Assembly: GCA_024137785.1 (NCBI GenBank)
Contig: JAHRHZ010000250.1
Coordinates: forward strand, 788,515 to 852,514
DNA length: 64,000 nucleotides
From: Ginglymostoma cirratum
Taxonomy: Eukaryota
Reading direction: 5' to 3'
Positions 1-11,980 of this stretch are shown piece by piece. Positions within the stretch are counted from its first letter, which is position 1. Every line of letters starts with the position of its first letter. The notes below the pieces were generated by a model. It searched no databases and was not told the origin of the DNA. It worked only from the letters and a program-made list of their open reading frames with translations. Position numbers and translations under genes: made by a program.

Positions 1-476
1 TGTTGTTGTCATACTTAACGCAAAGGAAACTCGTAAAGGTTGTTTTTATGACAATAGTTTTGGCCTAAATTTGAGCTGCATTGGTTCAGAAGTATAGTAT
101 TCTCGCACCGAGCAGTTTCCACTGCTGCATGGTCTTGTCAGAAATGGATGGGTATATTTATGAATGTGTTGTGATCTTTATGATTCCTAATCCTCAAGTA
201 GTGAAGTGCTCCGTGTATATATGCACAGTCTCGTCTGCATTGAGCCGACGACTGCTAAGTTACATGTATTATTCTTGGCACGCAATTGCCAGTTAAAGCC
301 TCTACAGCAAGAGGAAAGGTAATGATCTGCCTTGGTGTTAAAGCGACCATTGATAAATCCTCCAGCAGTAAAAGCATGATAATTTTGATGCTAGTTTAAC
401 TCAGTTGCTTAAATGGCTGTTTTGCTAATGCAGCGTAATTCGAACACCATAGGTGTGTTAAAAAGAAAAGAAAAAC

Positions 477-1112
477 AATGAACTGTGCAAACTGGAAATC
501 AGAAACACAAACAGAAATTGCAGGAAAATCTCAGTTGGTCTGGCAGCATCTGTGGAGAGGAGTCAGAGCAAATATTTTCTATCCAGCGACCCTTTTCAGA
601 ACTGATTGCAGCTGGATAAAGTTTTGTATATATGCTGAAGATGTGGTGGAGAAAGGGATTGAGGAGTACATGTCAGGTACAGAGGAAGCCCAGATAGAGA
701 AAATAACAGTTGGGCATACAAAGGAATGGGTAAAGATCAGCTGGGAAAGCCTGGACCTTCTCTTATGTCCTTATGCAGATACTCACAGAACAGGTCTTGT
801 TACCACAAGAACTTCTACCACAACCCATTGTCAGCTATTTATGATCCCTATTAGCAGCTATTGATTCTCCCTGTCTGACCTTTACCCATTCCTTTGTCTA
901 CCTAACTGTCGTCATCTCGCTTTTGGCTTCATTTCCACCAATTATTTACTCATCACCCTTACTCAGAACCCCTCTTCTATACATATACCAACTTTTTCCT
1001 AGCTACAATCCGTTCTAAAGATGAATCACTGAACAAGAAGAAGTGTTTACTTTTCTTTCTCTCCACAGATGCTGCCAGACCTGCTGACTTTTTCCAGAAA
1101 TTTCCGTTTGTG
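477..1112. mobile_element. Inverted pair of Penelope terminal-repeat fragments
   Basis: 477-760 (GGTCTGGCAGCATCTGTGGAGAG) and about 870-1112 (CTCTCCACAGATGCTGCCAGACC) are reverse complements. Confidence 0.7.
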
Positions 1113-2514
1113 CAGAGGTACATTCCTCATATTAGCTGAAGGGTTCACATTCTCACACTCAACCATTGCCTGAAGTCGCTGCTGATCATCACTTTCCAAT
1201 GAGACAGCAGCCTATAAGGCATTGCCAAACGTTTCACTCAATTTCAATTAAATTAACGAAGTAAATTTTATGGCAACAAGAGGGTGTCCACAAACTCCTT
1301 AAAACTACTTGACTTCTAAAAAAGAAAGAAAAAAAGTAGGCATTCCATTGAATGCAGACCACATTCCTGGCTGAGTGTGCCCCGAATTACAGTCAGTAAA
1401 CTTCAATTGTGTCAGGACAAAATAGCACACTTCATTGTTATGCCACACAGTGCTCTAACATTAACTTCATCCATCACCAATGCACTCCTTCAGCAGTGTG
1501 TACCATACAAAAGTCACAATGCAGCGTCTCAAAAAACATCCTTGACCTGTATTTTCCAAACTCACAACCTTTATGATCCAGAAAGTGACTGGGAGCAAAC
1601 ACATGCTTACCTAATGCCTTCCACATTTGTTCCAAGCCTAACATTATCAGCGTCCTACTATTGCTTTGTGTTGCTGAATCAAAATCCTGGAATTGTCTTG
1701 CAATAACATTGTAATTATTATTTCAGGCGTTAGGCTGATTTATAAACACATTGACATGTAAAGTGCAATGTTGTGAAAAGACCAATTATAATCAATTTAT
1801 GTCCAAATGAATAATCTTTGTAATGAAGCAAAGTCGTCTAGATATTGAGGTGGAGGATTACTTCCCTTATGTTGCATATTGAAATGAGAGTCTGCTCTCT
1901 TAATTGTGTCTGGCCTACATGTGACTCCAGGTCTAATCAATACGATTGATAGTTAACTCCGTCTGAAATGGCCTCGTAAACCATTCAGTTCTAGCTCACT
2001 GCTTTCCAAAATATTTCAGAAATTACCTGCTTATTTTATCCGACTGTTCTTTTTATTCTGAAAATTGTTAAGAGTTAGTTCTTCAAAAATTTCACACCGC
2101 AATATCCAATAAATATCACTTTTCTTTTGGATTGCTTTGCTTTCTTAGGTAAGGAAGTCTTTTAAATATATTGCCGTGCAATAAGTTTACAGACGATCAT
2201 TTGCAGTTCCTTTACTTCACACAGTTCCAATATCACAGGTATCCTTAGTACCAAAAAAGCCTTCAACTTCTGTTTTGAGAATATGCCAGGGCAGATCATT
2301 AACAGTTTTCTGGCGTATTTTGACACGTAAATGTATCCCCAGTTTACTGCGCAATTGTTTAATCACAATGTATCCAAGAGTTAACACTGGGTCGGTATTT
2401 CAAACTGAATCGATTCTCAGGTGTTAAATATACGTTAAATACACGTTATGCACTTTTGTTAAATTGGTTACATCAAAGTTAAATTTACTTGATTGAAACT
2501 ACAACTTTTTTTCA

Positions 2515-3220
2515 GTTACAGAGTCTTAGAGATGTACAGCACGGAAACAGGTCCTTTAGTCCAATTCATCCATGCCAACCAAATATCCTAAATTAAAGTA
2601 TTCTCATTGGCCAGTATATGGCCCATATCCCTCAGCCCTTCCTATTTATATACCCATCCAAGTGCTTTTTGAATGTCGTAATTGTACCAGCCTCCACCAC
2701 CTCCTCTGGCAGCTCATTTCATACATGCATTACGCTCTGCGTGAAAAAGTTGTCCCTTAGGTTCCTGTTAAATCTTGCCCCTTCACCTTAATTTTATACC
2801 CTCTCGTTTTGTACTCCATTACCCTTGGAAAACGCTTTGAGTCTTTGTCCTATCCATGTCCTTCGTGATTTTACAAACTTCTGCAAGGTCACTCCGCAGA
2901 CTGCAGTGCTCCAGGGAAAAATAGCCCCAGACTATTCAGCCCCTCCCTATAGCTCAAATCCTCAAACTCTGTGAAGCATTCTTATAAATATTTTCTGAAC
3001 CTTTCAAGTTTCACAATACCTTTTCTATTGTAGGGAGACCAGAATTGAATGCAGTAATCCAAAAGTGGCCTAACGAATGTCCTGTGTGACTGTTTCATAA
3101 ACTCCCAACACGTATACACAATGTTATGACCAATGAAGGCAAAAGTAGCAATATCTTCTTCACTACACTCTTTACCTTTCACTCTGCTTTCAAGGAACTA
3201 TAAGCCTGCATCCGAAGGTC
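2515..3220 (-). mobile_element. CR1-clade LINE 3' fragment
   Basis: RPLLDYCIQFWSPYNRKGIVKLER in ORF 2982-3182, typical of the CR1 ORF2 C-terminus, followed by a 3' UTR shared with 28840-29295. Confidence 0.85.
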
Positions 3221-3944
3221 TTCTTTTCAGCTGCCGCCCAGCTTATGATTGATATTCAAAGCAAAACCATTAAATTGTCATTGGAAAATATGGAGCAATG
3301 TACTTTCATAACAGATATTTCACTTGATGAAGGCATTGACAAGTCAGCATTTATAGACTGGAGTGTTGTTAAATGTCAACCATATTGCTTTGGCTCTGGA
3401 GTCACATATAGCTGACGGCTTCTTTCTCTAAATGACATTGGTAAACCTGATGGGTTTTCTCCCAGACAGCTGATCATGATGATCAGTGGACTCTTTAAAT
3501 CTAATGTTTTGGAATTCAAATTTCACTATATCACGATTCCTACAGGGATGTCTCTGGATTAACAGTCTAGACATAATGCCAATAGGGGAAAAAAAAACAA
3601 TCCCATGCACTCGTGTTGTTTCAATCAATTTTTTAAAAAATACAGGTAGAAATTCATGGTTCGCTACTCAGAACATTTTATCTCCTCTCATTTCGAGAGT
3701 CTGTGTTAAACAATGGGAGATAACAATCGAGTTACACCACTTGCCAACTTTGCACAAGCAACACGGCTAACTTGGAATTACAGCAGATGACATGCGCAGA
3801 ACTTTTGCTAACCTTTCTTTTTACATCAGATGAAGGCCATTAGTACTATGAATTATCAGCACACATCTCCATGAATGTTATCAGAATCTCTTTTCTAGTG
3901 AAAGTAATTTTCCAGAGTTCCTCCCCATTATACAATTTGCAGTC

Positions 3945-4165
3945 GGAGTCAGAGAGTCATAAAGCTATTCAGAATGGAAGTAGACCCTTTCGTCCAATTC
4001 ATCAGGGTCGATCAGATCTCCTAAACTGACCTAGTCCCTTTTGCCCGCGTTTCACCCTTATCCCTCGAAATCCTTCCTATTCATGTGCCCATCCAGATGC
4101 CGTTTCAATGTCATGACTGTACCCGCCTTCACCATTTCTTCCGGCAGATCGTGCCATACACGCAT
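3945..4165 (-). mobile_element. CR1 3' UTR fragment
   Basis: Similar to 2520-2735. Confidence 0.65.
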
Positions 4166-4659
4166 AGAAATTTCTTAGAATTTGTGTCCTGTTTCGTCAA
4201 TAATGTTGAAAAGAATTGTTCAATTTATCTACAATTAATCATCTACAGTTGTTTTGTTAATATTGCATCCAATAGTTCATTTTGTCATTTTTATAATGGT
4301 AAACTGAAAGTGCTGGAGAAATCCAGCATGTCTGGCAGCATTTGTAAAGTTTGAAACACAGTGCAAACGTCGAACCCAATGATTAATTCATATTTTGATT
4401 ATCTGCACTAATTTGTAGTTAATGACTTTTTTCACTTTGTGTATTCGTAATTGTTTGCGTTTGTGTTTGTGATTTAAAATCTATGTTATAGTAAGGTATG
4501 GGGCCTTTATCATGCTTAGATTCCTTTTTTAACTTCTCCACTTATCTGCTCATTTAGTTTTAGATTTGTACTATCCATCCTTCTTATCACGATCGACATT
4601 TAAAAGAAAGCTATATTTTTTTTTATCTTGTTCTCTCACTTCTTTGCTCTCACATATCT

Positions 4660-5395
4660 ATTGAGCTGAGTGAATGCTTGTGAATGTAATTCCATTGCAG
4701 CGGGTTGCCTTGACTTGGAATTTGACAAGCTTCTTGAGTATTGTTGGTGCACCAGTCGCCCAGCCAAGGGGGGTGTATTCCAATGCAATCCTGAGTTGTG
4801 CCTTGTCGCTGGTGGACAGGCATTGTGGAGTTAGTCGGTGGGTTACTCGCTATAGTGTTCTGAGCCTCTAACCTGATATTGTAGACATTAAGATTATGTG
4901 GCGAATCCAGTTCAGTTGCTGGTCAGTGGAAACCACCAGCGTTACAATCGTGGGGAATTTAGGGGTTTAAATGTGAAACGGTCGTGGTTGTATTGTCTCT
5001 TCTTGTGGATTCTGATTACCTGGCATTTGTGTGGAGTAGATGTTACGTGCCACTTTTCAGGCCAAGCCTGGAAATTGTCCATGTCTCATTGCATTCGCAC
5101 ACAGGTTGCATTACCAACTAAGGACTCGGAAATAATGGTGAATACTGTGCCAACCGTGCCGAGCATCTCCATTTCTGACCTTATGATGGAGAAAGAGTTA
5201 ATTTATGAAGCAGTCGTTTATGGTTAATCTTAGGACACTTCCCAGCAAACTCCCGCAGAGAGGTCTGGAACTGAGATGACAAACCTGCATCAAGAACAAC
5301 TATTTTGTTTTGTACCATGTATGACTCCAAACAATGTAGAGTTTTCTCCCTGATTTTGGTTGATTCCAGTTTTACTTTGGCTCCTGAATGCCAAA
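4660..5395 (-). mobile_element. L2/CR1-clade LINE RT fragment
   Basis: Reverse-complement similarity to about 34690-35330. Confidence 0.65.
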
Positions 5396-6319
5396 GAAAA
5401 TTCTGAAAGGCAAAGACAACAGGCTGCATGCAGTTCTTTTTGTCACTTTGATATATTACTGATCCGACATTGCCTGTCTGAGTAATTGTATCAATGCATT
5501 TTTATATTATGATCAAAGTTTAAAATTTCCAGAAGTGAATGTTTAAAATTATTATTATAAAATTTGAAACAGAGGTTTTGCAATTCCTACGTTTCAATTG
5601 CATGATGAAGGAACCTCTATGAAAAAGTTTTCCAAAATGTGAACTGATTATCGTTAAAAATTCAAAACGGAAACATTTTACTGTATTGAAGGATTTCATG
5701 GAATATTCTGTAGATTGTAATACATTCAGGAAACTACAGTCTGTGTTCATGCATTGCCATTTTGGATATATGTCAATAACACAAGAGTAGATACAATTTA
5801 TATCAGGCATTTTCATACGACCGGAATGGTTTGAAAATTTTCATGGCAATGTATTTTTCATTAAATTCATAGACATTCGTTCTCCATCAATTGCTTCCTA
5901 TTTAAAAAATAAAAAACTGTTTAATTTTTAACGTTGGTTCCATCGTTCTGGATACTTTAACGTTTTTAAAAATGAAAAAAAAATTCCGGTTTATTTGCAA
6001 GAAGTTTTCATGACTGTTAACAAAAGAGTCAGTCACAGGAAAGAGTGGAGTCAAATGATGGTGAATATTACAACTCCCCATGTTTTATGTGTCTATTTTG
6101 ACCGGGTTCCAGCTACCAATTTATTCCATATCCGGATATGTAACAAGAAATCAATGGGACGAATTGAATTGTTATGCTTACAACGCCTGTGGACAGCTCT
6201 GTGGTCACCTTTGCGGAAGTTTACAAATGTGTAAGGTGTCAGCCAGTGATGACCGCTCACTCAGCCAGATATCTGAGCCACGCATGAACATTGTGCAAAG
6301 AAATGTACGAAATATACTG

Positions 6320-6555
6320 AGATAAGAAGGTGTAGAGCTGGATGAACGCAGCAGGCCAAGTAGCATCAGAGGAGCAAGAAAGCTGATGTTTAGGGCCTGG
6401 ACCCTTCTTCAGAAGATCCTTTTTCTAAAGAAGAGTCGAAGCCCGAAACGTCAGCTTTCCTGCTCCTCTGATGCTGCTTGACCTGCTACGTTCATCCAGC
6501 TCTACACCTTGTTATCTCAGATTCTCCAGCATCTGCAGTTCCTACTATTCCTCTA
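6320..6555. mobile_element. Inverted pair of Penelope terminal repeats with hammerhead-like motifs
   Basis: 6320-6413 is the reverse complement of about 6423-6518; same family at 47690-47785 and 49805-49925. Confidence 0.8.
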
Positions 6556-9167
6556 CCAAGTATACTGCTTCTTCTGTAATTGGCTATGTGACTGCTGCAG
6601 TAAGCATCGTGGGTAACAGCCTGAGAACGAGAGTGGTATGGACCAGGCCAGCCCCCCTCAAAATATTTTAAGAAGGTAGCGTAGACCTTAACTTTTCTTA
6701 TTTTAAAGGTACATGTGAAGTGGGTGTTCCGGATGTGATACAACTGGTCGAACCACTCGGCTTCAAGCAAAACACAACTTATTTAAACACGATAGCGAAA
6801 ATACGAACAAAAGAAAGCGGAATTTAGAACAACTTAGCTATTGGAAAACTTAACAGAATACTCAATGCAATAACTTAACTAATTAACTATTCCAATGTAG
6901 TAACATTCCATAAACAAACCCTTGGCAAAAAGTTAAATTCAAACACAGACTCTTACAAGCAGGAGGGAACAGCATCCAAAGAGATTTCGGAGAATGTCAG
7001 TTAGGAATAATTTATTTGCAACTCTTCTGGACTCAAACATCTTGTGACTGCTACAGCTAAAAAGGTAGGAAATACTGGCAAAGAGCTATAGCTCGGGTTA
7101 TGGTTGAGGTTGTTGACTTGCTCGCCGAGCTGTGATGACGTCACGTAGCATGGTGACTAAACGACTGGACGAAAAAGAAGCCAGCTGGACGAGCAAGTTA
7201 GCAATCTCAAAAAGTAGAAAACGTGAACTGGCAGAACCGGCTACTCCCTTTCCGTTCTACAACTGTTGAAAAAAGAATGCCCAACGGTCTCTTAAGCCTA
7301 GGCATTGCAGCTCTTCTGCCTTTACAACCTCTCTTCAAAACAAAAGGACAAAATAACCTGTTTTAAAGTGATAGCAGAAGAGCAGGTCCTGCTCACCCAT
7401 CTGCTCTCTCTCTTCCACACAGCAGTAGTCGCAACATCAAAAACTGAAATTGCGGGAAATCAGACCAGGTCTGGCAGCATCTGTACAGAGAAAGCAGAGT
7501 AAATGTTTTGGGTCCAGTGACCATTCTTCAGAACTGCTGTTCTGTTTTAATTCTGATTTCCAGCATCCGTAGTCCTTTCGGATTAATGTTCAGCACAGTC
7601 ACAAACCTGTTGAACAGCTTCGAGAGAGAGAGAGAGAGAAATAGAGGCTATGAAGCTCAGAAAGGGGCTCGACACGTTACTACTGTGATACCCTACAATG
7701 ATAAACTAACAATCCGAAATTCACTAAGATAGCTGCATGACTCCCAGGGAGAGGTGTTGTCCTGTCACTGATATCACGTATGTTGAAGGCCCGTAATCTC
7801 TACTGTTAATGGTGCAGGCCCTCAGCAAAATTGCGAGTTCGCACCAGCTCACTCGGCACTATTATCCAGGGTCGCTGTCCAAGCTCCACCAAACGTTAAT
7901 CAAAAATCCTAAGAAGATGCCAAACAGAGGTAATTTGGCATTGAATTGATGTGGAGAAAACGTGGATGAGTACTGCGATCAAAGAAAGTGCCAGGCATGA
8001 GTCTGTAAACAGCAGGGTGTTGCGAATTCCAGGTCATTGAAAGGTCAGGTGACCAGTGATTCCAGCTGGTAAAGTCGCTGGTGAAGTAAAATCAATTATT
8101 CTTCTGACCGACTGGTCATGCCGTGAAGCTGGCGTACAACATCAGGCAAAACAGGACTATTACATACATGAAACCAACAGATGGAGGATCCTGCAGCAGA
8201 GGTAGCAAAGACATCACAATCCTTCACCAGTCACTTTCGAACAGTGACGTTAAAGAGGTCCGCTGTGAAAATTAGATCTTATGTCCAAACAAATCACAAA
8301 TCTTTTGCAAATGCAAGCATTTATTTCACTCTGGTTAGATCTGTTGTAGCACATGATGTTGTTGGTAAACATCAAAGATTCTAACATTTATTTGAAAGAA
8401 ACGTAGGTGTTTGAAATTGGAGAAATCGTTACCCTTCAATTTGAATTTCATTACAAGCATTCTGTGCTGCAAAACCTGCATTTTTTTTTCCAAAAAAAAA
8501 TGCACGTGAGCTGACTTTTACAGGCTAACAATTTGATATCAGAATTTGAAAATTATGGCAGCTTGGTTTAAACAGATAGGACAAGTGGCTTGTTCTTTTG
8601 AGCATGTTTCTTTTAAAGAGAGTGGGACGTAATAGTGCATTTTTTTAGACAACCAGAATGTTTGAGTAAAGTCAAAGGAAGGAAAATGAAATTTCAAAAG
8701 ACAGATAGTAGATCATCCTTCCAATTTCCAAATTAATAAATTTACATGCGTAAATTTACGACTATGGTTGGATATTATTATCTAAGCGGTCTTATATCCA
8801 GATGCAGGTTGGATGTCGTTTTCCGTTTTTAAACAGTTTCAAAAGCTATCGATAGCACAGTCGGGGAGCCAGGAATCTTGGAGGTTGAAGAATTTCCTTC
8901 CAGTCATCATATTTTGACGAAAAGACAATCATCTATTTTGTTCTATTCAAAGACAACGTGTTAGAGAATGAAAGAACCATGAAATAACTCCGATCATTTC
9001 TGCACCCAATATAAAAGCATTGTTTAAAATCATCAAGCTTGGACGTTTTTTTTTCTGAACCTGGAATTGAAAAAGTAATTTAATATAAGTTGCTACTTCA
9101 AACAATCATTGGGAATTGTATACAAAGTTAAATAGTCAAACAAAAATAAATAGAAATAAGAAATAAA

Positions 9168-9420
9168 TACCGAAAAAACTGCAGATGCTGTAAACCAGGA
9201 ACAAAAACAGAAATTTCTGGAAAAGCTCAGCATGTTTGACAGCATCTGTGAAGAAAAATCAGTGTTAACGTTTTATGTCGCTAGACTATTAATCCAGAAT
9301 CCCAGGTAATATTCTGGGGACAAAAACAAAGTTGCTGGAAAAGCTCAGCAGGTCTGGCAGGCTCTGTGAAGGAGAAAACAGAACTAACGTTTGGGGTCCG
9401 GTGACCCTTCCTCGGAACTT
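9168..9420. mobile_element. Two Penelope terminal-repeat fragments; the second is inserted in a SINE head
   Basis: GGAAAAGCTCAGCA... copies at 9168-9280 and 9322-9418; the second is flanked by TTCTGGGGAC at 9312-9321 and 9419-9428. Confidence 0.8.
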
Positions 9421-9715
9421 CTGGGGACCTTGGTTCGAATCTCACCGTGGTAAATGGTCGAATTTGAATTCAATAATAATCTGGAATTAAGAGTCCAATG
9501 GTGACCACGAAACCATTCCTGATTGTCATGAAAAAAAAGTCCATGTGGTTCATTAATACTCTTTCGGGAAGGAAATCTGTGACCCTTACCTGGTCTGGCC
9601 TGCATGTGATTCCAGACCTAAGGCAATGTGGTTGACTCTTGACTGCCCTTCAATTAGGAATGGGCAATAAGTGCTGGTCTAACTAGCAACGCCCACATTC
9701 CATGAATGAACAAGA
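9281..9715 (+). mobile_element. tRNA-derived SINE with a LINE-shared 3' tail (SacSINE1/Deu-SINE-like)
   Basis: B-box GGTTCGAATC at about 9433; tail TTAGGAATGGGCAATAAGTGCTGG shared with the LINE end at 35665-35715; related copies at about 3340-3570 (-), 59030-59195 (-) and 1905-2000 (+). Confidence 0.7.
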
Positions 9716-11696
9716 TTTTTTTTAAAGTATCTCCTTACAATCTGCTCGGCACTTGTCCCTCAATCTCTCTCTAAAAGAAACCAGGGCGAAACCCATCACT
9801 TAAAGCCATAGACTCATCACAACAGCAAATGAAACATGAATCGCTTGTGATATTTGTCCCATCTGGAAGCATACCGTCCGTTTCTTACGTTCTGAAGCAA
9901 ACGTAAAAGGAAGGCATTTATATGTCCACATTTCCAAAGTCACAGGCGAAGAGAAAACGACTGCAATCAGCATGCTGCATTTCTGCTATCTGTCAATTTG
10001 GCTACCGAATCCCCCCAGTGTCATGGTAACTCAAATAAACCCTCTCCAGGACAAACACATCATAATTTCCTCCGGGTAATGTGGCCCAGATCAAGAATTG
10101 AAACTCCAGAAGAGAGCCCCGACATGACAATGTGAGTCAGACCCCTTGTTTGAGAATATTTGCTTATGTTAAGTAGTCGCTAAATGATTGATATCAAATG
10201 GTCTGATACTTTTGGTATGTTATCTACGATATATAAGCAAAGTATTAGTAAATCAAACTTGTACTTTTAAACTCGATGTATTAGTTAATAATTAGTTGTG
10301 AATGTCAAAAAGCATGTTTTCTTCGCAAAGAGGGGAGTATTGGAAATTAATATCACTTTAAAACTGCATTTTAGTAGTATTTAGAATGAGGCATGAGATT
10401 CAATTTAACTGCTGTTGCAACAGAAATTAACACATGAAATCAAAAAAAAAAAGGCACAATGATCATAACAGTTATTGAGGTCCGGATGCCTGATTTGCCG
10501 CTGTAGGTATCATATTATCAATGTATCAAAAGGTAAAATAATTTACTGTAGATAAATGAATGATAAACTCCTCTTTAGTGGGAGCAGACTGGTGACAATG
10601 GTCATCCCAGCATCATAAGTAGCTGTCTATGTCATTGACTTAAAGTTTTCAGATTAGTGATTGGCATAATACAGATTTCCAGTTCATAAAATATAACATA
10701 TTGAGAGATGTAGGAAGAAAGTGACCGTGAGAGAGGGAGACGTTACAGGGACAGGAGACAACACCTTCTTTGGTTCAGACCAAAGATTTGAGGGAAGAAT
10801 AAAGAATGTTCCCATCACAGCTTCACCAACGATTGTGAAATATCAGGGATGAACACACCAGCACTCTAAATCATAATGGTTTCCAGGCACCTCATGTCCA
10901 TTCTACAGAAAAGTCTCCAAGTATTTACAACGTTCTTGTCTATTAGGGGTTGTATATTTTCTTTTCTTCCTCGAATTAAGTTATATATCGAATCTAAAAT
11001 GCTGCTTCACGATTAACACCATAAACCATTTGAAAATTGCACGGAAATGGTAGAGTGGATACATTAGACATCTACCCTACCAAGCGCCAAATGGGCACCA
11101 TCATCACAAATTTCATAGTTGAGAGTTGCAATGAAATTTAGTAATGATAACAAACTTTATTGTCTTGTGACTTCAGATTGATGTCATATGTTTTCTTCTT
11201 GTCCATTTTCTCCTCATAAGTTTGATTCTAAATGGAGAAAAAAAGTGCTTGAGCAAATTCACAATCTAACAAGAGAAATTGTTTTCTTCACAGCCAAAAA
11301 GATGTAGGGGCGCCCAATATTGAAAAACAGCACAAAGATGCATTGAGAATCGATACCGCCTCATCACGGATTCGTTTTTCAACACTTCACAGATCTTTGA
11401 ATGAGATTGATTTAATCAAACCAGCGTGGATGAAAGTCTTTAAGTAATAACATTGACGGTCCTTAAATAATTTCGTCTGGATACAAGATAATTTATTACT
11501 AAATTGCACTATCGTTAATTATCAATGGTGAATTGCAAACAATTGAAGTTCGTTGAATAAAAAATGCAAAAATTGGGAATATGAGACAGCGCAAGACGGG
11601 ATTTTAATTGTGCACCATTAAATACAAGATTCCTTGGTATTGTAACTCCCTGAGAGCAGTTTTGCTTTAAGAAATGCCTGGTGCAATTATGGGTAA

Positions 11697-11754
11697 GGAC
11701 TCTTTGTGTCGCTGTCTACCAATAGGAAAACCATACACTGCAAGAGATCTACCC
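11697..11754 (+). promoter_or_regulatory. Protocadherin promoter CSE (CGCT box + CCAAT, putative CTCF site) plus downstream GAGATCTACCC motif
   Basis: GGACTCTTTGTGTCGCTGTCTACCAATAG with CGCT at 11710, 271 bp upstream of the ATG; aligns without gaps to 42033-42090. Confidence 0.85.
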
Positions 11755-11980
11755 AGCTTCCTCCTTTAATACGAAACACGGCGCAGAATCAAAGAACAGG
11801 GCAAAGTCGCCCGCACCTAAACCATCTTGCGCTGAAAGGTCAGTTCGAGATTTCACGTTTATAGTTTTAATGTCGGTTTTATTTTCATCAGAACATGTAT
11901 TTCATTTCATTGAGAGCAAGATAAGCCGAAGAGATAAGACGGCATTTTGGCAGATTTGCAAGTGGGTCTAATCCGGAACA

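Noticed and set aside
7871-7893. GTCGCTGTCCAAGCTCCACCAA, a CSE-like CGCT box
   Set aside because: Spacing to ACCAA is wrong, the GGACTCT and GAGATCTACCC blocks are missing, and no convincing Pcdh exon follows at the expected distance.
8840-8930. KAID and FDE-DN traces resembling a cadherin repeat end (also DEGT at about 5603)
   Set aside because: Isolated motifs of 4-6 codons, compatible with chance in AT-rich DNA.
9425-9450. GGTTCGAATC as a tRNA gene
   Set aside because: It is the B-box of a tRNA-derived SINE; no cloverleaf.
11300-11318. TGTAGGGGCGCCCAAT as a CTCF site
   Set aside because: One base short of the AGRKGGCR core, lacks the CCAS 5' part, and is not shared with promoter 2.
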